50,936 bases of DNA from Patescibacteria group bacterium (GCA_041661505.1 JBAZUF010000007.1:1-50936); one strand, 5' to 3'. Positions 35,904 to 44,642 are shown, numbered from the stretch's first letter. Numbers and translations: made by a program. Notes: a model not told the origin generated them from the letters alone.

Positions 35904-38900
35904 TTAGTTATAGGTAAGGGTCTTGGAGGACAACGGTAGAGAATCGCAGGTCACAATATCAGTTGTGATCACTCCGTCTCTCCATCCAAGGTCGTCAGAC
36001 GCTAAACCGATACCAATGGATTCAGCAGTCGTGTCGGCTGAAATTTCTACCTGGTCGGTATCCATAGTGACTATGAAAGTCATGGATTGTCCGGCTGAAA
36101 TTTCAGTGTCAACAAAGTTGGTGGTGTTCGAAGTTCCGTTGGTATATTCGGTATCGCCGATATTGCGGCTTTCCGCGGCGGCGAAAGAAGTCGTAGCAAC
36201 AAGGTTTGAAGAATTAATTGCTCCATTCTTGTAAACCTTGATTTCAACAGCTGCGCCAGCCGCCTTCGAAGTACCGCTTTGAGAAATGTCAAAGTTCATG
36301 TACTTGATGGTCGAAGTGTAGTTGCCCGCGTTGGCGGAATTGGTAGCTATGATCTTGGCTACAATCGCGTCATTGCCGATTGACTGGGCGCCTGAAGGTG
36401 TATCAGAGGCAAATGCCAAGGTAACTTTAGAGGCGTAAACAGTCATCGTCTGGGCGCTAAAGTCAACATCCGGTGAAGCAGTTAAGTCAAGGTAAGCTCC
36501 AGTAATGCTTTGTCCGGAAGAAGCTCCTTTAGCTGTGATCGGTTCTTGGACTCCGGCTGTGCCTGAATCGTAATCGTGGATGATGGAGAAAGCGGCTGTG
36601 TCAGCGCTGTCAGCATCTCCTGAAACGGAAACGTCAGCTTTAACTACTATTACCTTGTTGGAGTTCCTCGGGATGGTCAAAGCCAAACCGGTGAACGGAG
36701 CAACAGCATAAGTAGAAGTAGAAGTTGAACCGAAGTTGGAAGCGGATCCGACCTGTACCCCGTCAACATACAATTTGATGTTTTTGAAGGTACCGGTAGC
36801 GGTAGCTTTTACGTTAGCCGCCATGTAGATTTCTGAAATCGTAATGTTTTCAGAAACATCAGCCGCTAATTTAAAGCGGGCCACTTCCTGGTCAGTCGCG
36901 CCCATTACCATTTGCTGGGCAATCGGGGTAGCGCCGTCTAAGGTAATGGTTAAGTTGCCTTGCGAGGAAATATATCCGTTCTGAAGATCAAAATCAGTCG
37001 GATCATAGCTCGCGCTTGATCCGGTAGTCTTTCCGGTCGCGGTTATGCTTCCGAATTCAATCACCGGAGAAAGTAAGGCGGCGGCAGTTCCGGAATCAGC
37101 GGGAGAGCTCTTGATATCAGCAAAGACATCAACAACATACTGGGCTCCAGCCGCGATTTCAATCGGAGTAGCCGGAGAAAATGCGTAGGTTCCGTCGGTA
37201 GTATTGCAAGACGCGATAGTTGTCCCGATCTGGACTCCATTGTTCTTAATTTTCAAGTTTTGGAAGTTATCGCCAACTTGAGAAGTCGCGTCATCAGCCA
37301 AAGCAATCTGGGAAACGGTTATTGCTTCTCCGGATCCGGCAGTGATGATAAATGAAGCGATCTGGGCTTCAGTCGCGTTAACAGTTCCGGTCGGGTTGGT
37401 GGTTGAACGATCCGCGAAAGCGGTATTTTCGACAACGTTCGCTGTTCCGGCTTTCACTGTTAAAGTTCTCGCGGTTTGAGCGGTTGTGCTCAAAGAGCTC
37501 ATAGTAACCTGGCCAAGGGCGTTAGCAGATCCGGTTACCAAAGAAAGCGCGTAAGTGGCGTCAGTCGCGACACTTGTATCGGAAGTGTCAGCTACTACGG
37601 TTACATACTTAGTTGTTCCGGCTGGAATAACAAAAGTGTTGCCGAAAGTGAAGCTCGAAGTTCCGTTAGCAGCGGAAGCGTTATCGCACAGCAAGCTTGT
37701 ATCAGTTGTTCCTACCTGGCTTCCATCCAAAAGTAATTTCACGTTTGCCAGAAGGTCAGTAGCATCACTGCCGTTGCAAGTTACTGAAAGGTTGTCAACT
37801 TTAACGGCTTCACCGGCAGCGGCAAAACTGAACTTAGCCAGGATAATGCCGGTAGCGGCATCGGGAATATTGCCGGTCGGTGAGTCAGTCGCAACGCCTA
37901 AAGTAATTGTTCCGGAATCAACAGAAGTTCCGTTTCCGGTAGTCTGCTGGACTACGCCGAAAGCGGTTGAGGTGGTATTTACGCTCGGAGTGGCGTAAAC
38001 GCCATAACCGTTGTCGTAAACTACAACATCAGCGGATTTCTGGATAGTGAATTTAAATACTCTTCCGGAACCGCCCTTCATATCGCCGACTATGGATAAA
38101 GCTTTGGTCTGACCGGAATTTAGAGTTACTCCGGCGCCAAGATCAAAAGTAACGGTCTTGTCAGAAGCAATCGTAGCCGGACCGGCAATCTTTTCGCCAG
38201 CCAGTTTTAATACGATATTGTCGATGTCAGTAGTTGCGATAGTGCCTACCATGGTTAGCTTGATGCTTTTAATAATCATGTTCTGGGAAGCGGCAGTCAC
38301 GTTAACGCTCCATAATTCTTTTCCGGCTTCGTCGGCTTTAACGGTAGTCGGAATGGTTCCGTTCGAACCAGCGGCTCCGGCAAAGTAAAAATGGCCAAGA
38401 TCATCAACTGCGGCGGTCGACATTAAATTACCGGACATCGGGAAAGAACCGGAAACGGCTGCACCGTTGGTAACAACGTCAGCCGCGGCGTTTAAGCTAA
38501 AGCCGATGGTTTCACCAGCACCGGTTCCTCCACTGGTTTTAGCTAAGTCTCCCTTTAAAGTGATAGTCTTGGTTGTTCCTTTTGATACAGTGAATAAGCC
38601 GACTGAATCAGTGAAAGTAGCAACCTTCGAAGAGAAGGAAGTATATTCGGCTAATTTGGTATCTCCGTCATAAAGATAGAGATTTCCAATGTCACCATCA
38701 CTGGTAACACCGATCCGGTTGAATTTTACAGATGTAACTTTTACATCACCGTCAGAAGCGGCAGTAAAATTAACCTTAGTGAAAGGGATTAACGCTTGTG
38801 AATATTCTCCGTTCGTAACCGCAGTGCTATCGGTCAAAATAGTAGTAGAAGCCGGTGTGTCGGAAGCCAAAGCGGCGGTTAAGCCGGTTCCAGCTCCGAT

Positions 38901-39602
38901 CGTTCCGCCAGCGCCTGACGAAGTGTCAGTGATGGTCGAAACTCCGCCGGTAATATCAGCTCCGGCAGTCGGAATAGCTAGGGTAGTGGTAATTACATCA
39001 GCCCATTTAAAGCGGTTGGCGTTAAAAGCGGCTTCAGTTGTAATTTTACTGGCAGTACCGTCAGCGTTGATGTAATAGATTGATGCGTCAGCCGCAGTCT
39101 TAATCAATGATCCTTGCGGATAGGCGGTTGCGCTTACGGTAGCTGTGTCGATGGTGTAATTGGTGAAGAAAGCATCAGAAACGTCGATAACTCTCTTAGC
39201 CCAATTAGCGCCGTATAAAGTCGTGGCAGTAGCTTCGTCAGGGATAGCAAGTAATTTGCCTCCCGCGATTACCGCGTAGACTTTTGGGTTAGTTGTAATT
39301 TTTACCAACTTTGTACCAGGCCGTACGGTTACGTTAGCTCCCAAAGGATAAGACTCTAATTCAGACTGGGCAATAGTTTTCACGGATGAAAAATCGCCGT
39401 ACCAGCTGAAATAAGAAGACTCATTCGGGAATACATAACGTTTGCCGTCGCCAGCCAGGTAGTAAACGGATGAAAGTCCGTTCATTTTTATCAAATCGCC
39501 GGCTGTGGCCGCGGCGGAAACCGTCGGGGCAGCGACCATGCTCATTGATAAAACTGTTGATAGCATCACAACGCCTGCAAACAGTTTTTTAAATCTTTCC
39601 AT
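35904..39602 (-). CDS. large secreted Thr/Ala/Ser/Gly-rich surface protein (S-layer-like candidate), 1232 aa
   Basis: Signal peptide ...MVAAPTVSAA and an N-terminal VYYLAGDGKRYVFPNESSYFSW-type domain. About 1000 aa of beta-rich low-Cys sequence follow. The gene has a strong terminator and a long structured leader. Confidence 0.7.
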   Translation of the reverse strand: MERFKKLFAGVVMLSTVLSMSMVAAPTVSAAATAGDLIKMNGLSSVYYLAGDGKRYVFPNESSYFSWYGDFSSVKTIAQSELESYPLGANVTVRPGTKLVKITTNPKVYAVIAGGKLLAIPDEATATTLYGANWAKRVIDVSDAFFTNYTIDTATVSATAYPQGSLIKTAADASIYYINADGTASKITTEAAFNANRFKWADVITTTLAIPTAGADITGGVSTITDTSSGAGGTIGAGTGLTAALASDTPASTTILTDSTAVTNGEYSQALIPFTKVNFTAASDGDVKVTSVKFNRIGVTSDGDIGNLYLYDGDTKLAEYTSFSSKVATFTDSVGLFTVSKGTTKTITLKGDLAKTSGGTGAGETIGFSLNAAADVVTNGAAVSGSFPMSGNLMSTAAVDDLGHFYFAGAAGSNGTIPTTVKADEAGKELWSVNVTAASQNMIIKSIKLTMVGTIATTDIDNIVLKLAGEKIAGPATIASDKTVTFDLGAGVTLNSGQTKALSIVGDMKGGSGRVFKFTIQKSADVVVYDNGYGVYATPSVNTTSTAFGVVQQTTGNGTSVDSGTITLGVATDSPTGNIPDAATGIILAKFSFAAAGEAVKVDNLSVTCNGSDATDLLANVKLLLDGSQVGTTDTSLLCDNASAANGTSSFTFGNTFVIPAGTTKYVTVVADTSDTSVATDATYALSLVTGSANALGQVTMSSLSTTAQTARTLTVKAGTANVVENTAFADRSTTNPTGTVNATEAQIASFIITAGSGEAITVSQIALADDATSQVGDNFQNLKIKNNGVQIGTTIASCNTTDGTYAFSPATPIEIAAGAQYVVDVFADIKSSPADSGTAAALLSPVIEFGSITATGKTTGSSASYDPTDFDLQNGYISSQGNLTITLDGATPIAQQMVMGATDQEVARFKLAADVSENITISEIYMAANVKATATGTFKNIKLYVDGVQVGSASNFGSTSTSTYAVAPFTGLALTIPRNSNKVIVVKADVSVSGDADSADTAAFSIIHDYDSGTAGVQEPITAKGASSGQSITGAYLDLTASPDVDFSAQTMTVYASKVTLAFASDTPSGAQSIGNDAIVAKIIATNSANAGNYTSTIKYMNFDISQSGTSKAAGAAVEIKVYKNGAINSSNLVATTSFAAAESRNIGDTEYTNGTSNTTNFVDTEISAGQSMTFIVTMDTDQVEISADTTAESIGIGLASDDLGWRDGVITTDIVTCDSLPLSSKTLTYN

Positions 39603-39868
39603 AGAAATGGTTGATTGTTAGTTCCGCTAAAATTTCGTTCTCCCGCATCCCAAATCTTGGGACCGGGCCTCCCCGACCCCGCTTGCAAGCAGGACGACGG
39701 GAAAATTCTTTTTTAGCTAAGAACATTTTTTTTATTAATATTCTAACGAGCGCGACATCCCGCCTCTAGAGGCGGAACCGACCTTTGCGGCCAAGCTCGA
39801 TTTAGATGAATTTATTTGCCCCGCGCTTTCATCTTGCCGGGGCGGACAATTTCTAATTATTTTTTACT
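39603..39868 (-). promoter_or_regulatory. 266-nt hairpin-rich, locally GC-rich leader/intergenic region upstream of the surface-protein gene
   Basis: Palindromes TCCCAA-atc-TTGGGA (39648-39662), GCTTGCAAGC (39681-39690) and CCGCCTCTAGAGGCGG (39760-39775), plus the hairpin GCCCCG...CGGGGC (39818-39843). Confidence 0.55.
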
Positions 39869-40798
39869 TTATTGCTTCGCAGTCATCTCCATTTTACCGC
39901 TGGTGGACGTAGCGTTCGAATCTATCGAAGCTCCCTCTTTTATATCATCGATTATCTTGTACATTTTTTCGAGCTTATCGGCGGCTCCGCCATAATCTTT
40001 CTTTTCAAACAGCTCCTGGGCCTCATCTAAAATATTTTCCGGGGTGGCTTTTTTTTCTAAAGTCTTGGCGTTCCCGGCCGTGCTCGTTGCTTTAGTCTCG
40101 CCTTGGCCGGCAGTAACTTTCGGCGCCTCTTCTTTTTTTCCGCCCTCTCCCGAAATCTGGATTCCTTCTCCGTTCCGGCCTGCGTTAGCGCCGAACAATT
40201 TATCCTGGTCCTCGCTTCCTTTGGCATTATCCTTCTCGCCGTTATTAACCGCTACGTCTTTCACTCCGATTTTTTCCAAACGGCCTTTAGCTTTATCGAT
40301 TTCGTTTTTAAATTCTTCGGCCAGCTTTCCGACTTTCTCGGATTTATCGGCTTCGTTTTTTCCTTCTTCCATTACCTGAACCGCTTCTTTGGCCCGGTTG
40401 CCGGCGAATTCAACTCCTAGCTTGGCTTTTTCCTTCTCATTAAACGTTAAGGCCAGCTGGGCTTTCTCATTTATAATCTTGGCTATATATAATGAATCGC
40501 CGGGCTTTGAGTTTTTGGCGGCCTTGAGGCTCGCAACTCCGCCTCCGCCCAAAAGCGCGATCATAACCATAATAGTTACCAAAACCGGACGAGCCATCAT
40601 TTTATGGATAAGGTCAAAAGGGACAAAAACCTCGGACCAGACATCCAGCCGCTCGATAGTTTTCATTCCCGAGCGCTCGCCGGAATCTTCGCCCGGAAAA
40701 AGCTGGGACATCAAAATATCCCGATTCTTTTCTTTCCAGCTTGAATCAGGCGAAACTTTCAGGCTATTTAATTTTTGGATGAGTTCTTTTTCAGTCAT
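39869..40798 (-). CDS. putative anti-sigma factor / membrane protein with an extracytoplasmic coiled-coil, Lys/Glu/Ala-rich domain
   Basis: Starts 4 nt after the sigma gene stop. Has a single TM (VLVTIMVMIALLGGGGVASL). This architecture is usual for sigma-coupled membrane proteins. There is no zf-HC2 motif. Confidence 0.5.
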   Translation of the reverse strand: MTEKELIQKLNSLKVSPDSSWKEKNRDILMSQLFPGEDSGERSGMKTIERLDVWSEVFVPFDLIHKMMARPVLVTIMVMIALLGGGGVASLKAAKNSKPGDSLYIAKIINEKAQLALTFNEKEKAKLGVEFAGNRAKEAVQVMEEGKNEADKSEKVGKLAEEFKNEIDKAKGRLEKIGVKDVAVNNGEKDNAKGSEDQDKLFGANAGRNGEGIQISGEGGKKEEAPKVTAGQGETKATSTAGNAKTLEKKATPENILDEAQELFEKKDYGGAADKLEKMYKIIDDIKEGASIDSNATSTSGKMEMTAKQ

Positions 40799-40802
40799 GG
40801 AT

Positions 40803-41453
40803 TTATTTTGAATTCTCTATTTCTTTTTCCAAGCCTTTTTTTTCTAAATTCTCTAAATCCTTATCTATTAAATCCTTCAGCGCTTTTACGGCCCGGTGCG
40901 ACAGCACGTTTACGTTGCCTTTTGACTTTTGGAGGATGGCGGCAATTTCTTTCGGTTCTAATCCGTCGATATATTTTAAAACGATCACTTCCCGGTATTC
41001 GTCTTTCAGGCAAAATAGTTTTTCTTTTATCCGTCCGAGCTCAAGTGCCTTTATTACGCTCTCTTCCGGGTTGCATTTTTCGTCAACGCACAAATCTTTC
41101 ATCGTCTTATTGTTCTCGCTTCCGCCTTCCTGTTCCCGTCCGATTTGAATATCTAAAGATACGGTTTTTTGCTGGGCCATTTTTCGGTAGTGGTCAATCA
41201 CCTGATTCCGGGCGACAGTATAGAGGAAAGGCTTAAAGGTTTTTGGGTCATTGATTTTTCCTTCCTGGATACAGCCCCAAATTTTTAAAAAAAAGGCTGA
41301 AGTCAAATCTTCGGCGTCTTCTTTGCTGTTGACCTTGAAATAGATGTATTGGTAAATCCGGTCCAGGTAGAGATTATAAAATTCGCGGAATGCGTCTTTG
41401 TTCTTCCTGGCCAGTCTTGAAAATAGTAATTTTTCCTTTATCTTACCTGACAT
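40803..41453 (-). CDS. RNA polymerase sigma-70 family, ECF-type sigma factor
   Basis: Region 2 (FREFYNLYLDRIYQYIYFKV..EDAEDLTSAFFLKIW) and region 4 HTH (EIAAILQKSKGNVNVLSHRAVKALK). Confidence 0.85.
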   Translation of the reverse strand: MSGKIKEKLLFSRLARKNKDAFREFYNLYLDRIYQYIYFKVNSKEDAEDLTSAFFLKIWGCIQEGKINDPKTFKPFLYTVARNQVIDHYRKMAQQKTVSLDIQIGREQEGGSENNKTMKDLCVDEKCNPEESVIKALELGRIKEKLFCLKDEYREVIVLKYIDGLEPKEIAAILQKSKGNVNVLSHRAVKALKDLIDKDLENLEKKGLEKEIENSK

Positions 41454-41900
41454 AATATACGAAACTTATTGCGCTTGATTACACCTCTAATAAGTACGCT
41501 TTATTAAATCATAACATCTTTTGTCTAAACCAAAAAATTAGCTTCTTCTTAAAGCTTGTATAAAGGTTATTCGCACCACTACCCCGCTTGACAATTAACC
41601 TTGAAGTTAGTCTAAAGAAAGCTAAGATTAGCTTATCTTCTAATATATTTATGAGGCCAATTTTTCAATGCGGGTTCTATACCCTATATTACCTTTAATC
41701 TAGCATATTTCAAACCAGCAGGCAATAGAAAATCACCTGGACCATTCTCACATCCTTCAAATTATCCGGTTCGTCCGCAGAGATTATCTCATAATAGGTT
41801 CATGTATAAGTTCACATATACGATCAGGTTATTTAGTTCCTATTCTTTGCTCTTGCGTTTTAAAAAATTCTATGACAAAATGGTCTTAAATATGAGATAA

Positions 41901-41918
41901 GTCCACAGTAGCGTGGAC
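41901..41918. promoter_or_regulatory. inverted repeat GTCCAC-N6-GTGGAC (two DnaA-box-like cores)
   Basis: gtccacagtagcgtggac. Confidence 0.5.
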
Positions 41919-41931
41919 ATAACTCACCCGC

Positions 41932-41940
41932 TTATCCACA
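41932..41940 (+). promoter_or_regulatory. perfect consensus DnaA box TTATCCACA
   Basis: Exact 9/9 match. Confidence 0.4.
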
Positions 41941-41989
41941 ATTTGGCCTAAAATATCTTTTCAAATCTTTGTCAAATTCTTCACGCAAT

Positions 41990-42009
41990 GTCCACAACAC
42001 CTTGGACTT
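41990..42009 (+). repeat. 20-bp direct repeat, copy 1: GTCCACAACACCTTGGACTT (contains GTCCA-N8-TGGAC)
   Basis: Identical to 42052-42071. Confidence 0.85.
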
Positions 42010-42051
42010 AAAACGTATATTTGATTATTATTAGCCAATTATCTACTTTAA

Positions 42052-42071
42052 GTCCACAACACCTTGGACTT
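42052..42071 (+). repeat. 20-bp direct repeat, copy 2, ending 20 nt upstream of the HTH gene ATG
   Basis: Identical to 41990-42009. Confidence 0.85.
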
Positions 42072-42090
42072 TACTCTGCTAAAATCATTT

Positions 42091-42435
42091 ATGACCAAGA
42101 ATGACAAGCCAAAAAGACCTTCTGAATTATTACTAAAAAATGCGGCCCTTCATCCGATTTGGCTTAACGTATCCGAGGCCGCGAAAGTTTTTGGCGTAAA
42201 CAACAAAACCATCCGCCGGGCTATTTCCGAACAAGTGATAAAATATAAAATAGTCGGCGAAAGATATTTCATAGACTTCTCTTCCCTTTTAATTTTTATC
42301 CACAGCCGCACTAAACTGGCCAATAAATTTAACGAATACGGGCTCGGCCAATACATCGAAAGCTGGCGCCATGGAAGCGCAATAACCAAACATGAGCAGA
42401 TGGCTAAAGAGATTACTAACTCTGGCCAAGACTAG
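42091..42435 (+). CDS. helix-turn-helix DNA-binding protein (excisionase/MerR-like HTH_17 type), 114 aa
   Basis: WLNVSEAAKVFGVNNKTIRRAISEQVIKYKIVGERYFI fits the excisionase-family HTH. The ATG at 42091 is preferred over the TTG at 42064. Confidence 0.6.
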   Translation: MTKNDKPKRPSELLLKNAALHPIWLNVSEAAKVFGVNNKTIRRAISEQVIKYKIVGERYFIDFSSLLIFIHSRTKLANKFNEYGLGQYIESWRHGSAITKHEQMAKEITNSGQD

Positions 42436-42459
42436 TTTTTTTTCGAATACGCCCTAATC

Positions 42460-42488
42460 TTGCCAAAAACATTGTCTTATGCTACATT
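42460..42488 (+). promoter_or_regulatory. candidate sigma70-type promoter for rpmE
   Basis: TTGCCA-17 nt-TACATT. Confidence 0.3.
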
Positions 42489-42552
42489 TATTCTAGTCAG
42501 GACGCCTGGCTTTTTATAATTCTTTTAGACTGCCACAAAGCGATAGAATCAT

Positions 42553-42873
42553 ATGAAAAATGACATCCATCCAAAATATAACGACAAGGTAAAGGTAATC
42601 TGCTCCTGCGGAAATACTTTTGAAACCGGCTCGACCCTGGCGGAGATTAGGACCGAGGTTTGTTCGGCCTGCCATCCTTTTTATACCGGCAAGCAAAAGA
42701 TCGTCGATTCCGCCCGCCGGGTAGAAAAATTCCACGCGCGCGTAGCGGCAAAGTCCAAAGTTTCGCCCTCTCGAAAAGGAAAAAAGGTCAAGCAAGCCGC
42801 CCGTACGGCGAAAAAATCCGCCGCCTCTTCAGCCAAACCGGAAAAAACTGCCGCCAAAAAAACCAAAAAATAA
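42553..42873 (+). CDS. rpmE: 50S ribosomal protein L31 (Zn-ribbon type) with a ~40-aa Lys/Ala-rich C-terminal extension
   Basis: MKNDIHPKY...CSCG...[19 protein letters not shown], then AAKSK...KKTKK. Confidence 0.92.
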   Translation: MKNDIHPKYNDKVKVICSCGNTFETGSTLAEIRTEVCSACHPFYTGKQKIVDSARRVEKFHARVAAKSKVSPSRKGKKVKQAARTAKKSAASSAKPEKTAAKKTKK

Positions 42874-43032
42874 CAATACTAAAAGGCTATTCTTTTTAAT
42901 GCTTTTTACATGTAAAATATGTATAGGGGCAAAAGAATAGTTTTTTTGCGCCTTGCCGGCCATTTGCCTTAAACCCATCTCCTTAAAATCTCGATAGCCA
43001 TATCAGTCTTCCGCTTTAAGCCAGCTAAAAAT

Positions 43033-44067
43033 ATGTTTGAAGAAATTTTGAAAAAATTCAAAAATCTGGAAAAAGAGCTTTCTGACCCGAAAATCGCCTC
43101 TAATCCGGAAAGGTTAAAAACCGTTTCCAAGGAACATTCAGACCTAAAGGAAGCGGCCGGTTTGATAATGGAATTAAATAGCGCTATCGAACAAATCGCG
43201 CAAAGCCGGGAAATAATAAATAGCGAATCAGGCGAACTGGCTGATATGGCCAAAGATGAACTGGCCGGACTGGAAGAAAAAAAAGGGAAATTGGAGGCCC
43301 AAATCAAAAGCGAAATATCGCCAGCCCACCCTTTTGACAAAAAAAATATTATTATGGAAATCCGGGCCGGCACCGGCGGCGACGAGTCGGCTTTATTCGC
43401 CGCCGAGCTTTACCGCCTGTATTCGCGGTTTGCCGAACGCAGCGGCTGGAAAATAAATATCCTTGATTCGTCGCCAATAGGAATTGGCGGATTTAAAGAC
43501 ATAACTTTTTCCATTGAAGGAAAAAATGTTTATTCCAATTTAAAATTCGAAGCCGGTACGCATCGGGTGCAAAGGGTTCCGGAAACCGAAAAAGCCGGGC
43601 GGATCCACACTTCGGCTGTTACAGTCGCGGTTCTAGCCGAAGCCGATGAAGTTGACGTCCAGATTAAGGCGGAAGATTTGCGGATTGACACCTACGCGGC
43701 TTCCGGACCGGGCGGCCAAAAAGTCAATACCACCAACTCGGCCGTAAGGATTACTCATCTCCCGACCGGAGTCGTCGTTCAGTGCCAGGACCAGAAATCC
43801 CAGCGCCAAAACAAAGATAAGGCTATGCTGGTTTTACGCTCGAGGATTCTGCAAAAAATGGAAGAAGACCGCCACGCCCGGGAAGCGGCCGAACGGCGCG
43901 ATCAAGTCGGCTCCGGCGACCGCTCGGAAAAAATCCGCACTTATAATTTTCCCCAGGACCGGGTAACCGACCACCGGATAAAAAAATCCTGGCACTCAAT
44001 CGACCGGATTATGGATGGCGATCTTCTGCCGGTTATTGAGGAGTTAAAAAAGGAGTTAGGGAATTGA
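43033..44067 (+). CDS. prfA: peptide chain release factor 1
   Basis: GGQ motif (SGPGGQKVN) and an RF1-type PxT tripeptide context (HRVQRVPETE..GRIHTS). Confidence 0.95.
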   Translation: MFEEILKKFKNLEKELSDPKIASNPERLKTVSKEHSDLKEAAGLIMELNSAIEQIAQSREIINSESGELADMAKDELAGLEEKKGKLEAQIKSEISPAHPFDKKNIIMEIRAGTGGDESALFAAELYRLYSRFAERSGWKINILDSSPIGIGGFKDITFSIEGKNVYSNLKFEAGTHRVQRVPETEKAGRIHTSAVTVAVLAEADEVDVQIKAEDLRIDTYAASGPGGQKVNTTNSAVRITHLPTGVVVQCQDQKSQRQNKDKAMLVLRSRILQKMEEDRHAREAAERRDQVGSGDRSEKIRTYNFPQDRVTDHRIKKSWHSIDRIMDGDLLPVIEELKKELGN

Positions 44068-44105
44068 AAACAAGGTGAAAATAAGATGGTCTGAAAGTTT
44101 TTTAA

Positions 44106-44140
44106 CAAAAAAAATAGCCGCCATCCCGAAGGTTGGCGGC
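44106..44140 (-). terminator. intrinsic terminator of the minus-strand three-gene cassette
   Basis: On the minus strand: GCCGCCA-a-CC-UUCG-GG-a-UGGCGGC followed by tattttttttg. Confidence 0.8.
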
Positions 44141-44192
44141 CCGTTATATCTTTGCTTACGCTTGGTTTACTCCGGCCGACTCTCGCTTATTT

Positions 44193-44612
44193 CTACCGAA
44201 GAGCCCAGCCAATCTTTATTAAGCGCTCTACCGCAGAAAGCACGTATTTGTTTACGGTTTCAGGGTAGCACTTAAGATCAACCACCGTATCAACTCCGGC
44301 ATCCAGAAGCTCTTCAAAAGCCTTTCTGCCAACGTCGGCAAAGGCCATGATTGGCACTCTGCAGCCGTTTTCCCGCAGGCACCTGGCCGCATGAATACCC
44401 ACAGGAAGTCCCCCGGAACGCGCATCAGATCTGCTTCCTGTCATCACCGGATCGATGATAAGGAGATTAAACTGATCCAGATCGATGTCAAATATTTCAT
44501 CCGCGCAGTTGCGGCAGAGTAAAACTTTGTATCCCTCCCGCTTAAGCATTTCCTGGATGACTGCCGCCCAGGATTTTTCAAGATCAAGGGCGCAAAGTAT
44601 TTCGAAAGACAT
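44193..44612 (-). CDS. CheY-like (receiver-fold) protein with a degenerate acidic pocket, 139 aa
   Basis: Alternating beta/alpha pattern. D is retained in LLIIDPVM, but ILCALDLEKS replaces the DD pair. There is no output domain. Confidence 0.55.
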   Translation of the reverse strand: MSFEILCALDLEKSWAAVIQEMLKREGYKVLLCRNCADEIFDIDLDQFNLLIIDPVMTGSRSDARSGGLPVGIHAARCLRENGCRVPIMAFADVGRKAFEELLDAGVDTVVDLKCYPETVNKYVLSAVERLIKIGWALR

Positions 44613-44642
44613 GATTTTCCTCCGTTGGTTGGCAATTGGAGT

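Noticed and set aside
41990-42071. Two identical 20-bp direct repeats lie 62 bp apart and could be taken for a mini CRISPR array.
   Set aside because: There are only two copies, no cas genes, and the repeats contain DnaA-box-like or operator-like inverted half-sites just upstream of an HTH gene.
43570-43590. The RF1 tripeptide reads PET rather than the PAT/PVT found in model bacteria, which might hint at altered stop-codon recognition.
   Set aside because: The middle residue of PxT is the variable position. All ORFs in the window end normally with TAA, TAG or TGA and show no sign of recoding, so nothing can be inferred from this alone.
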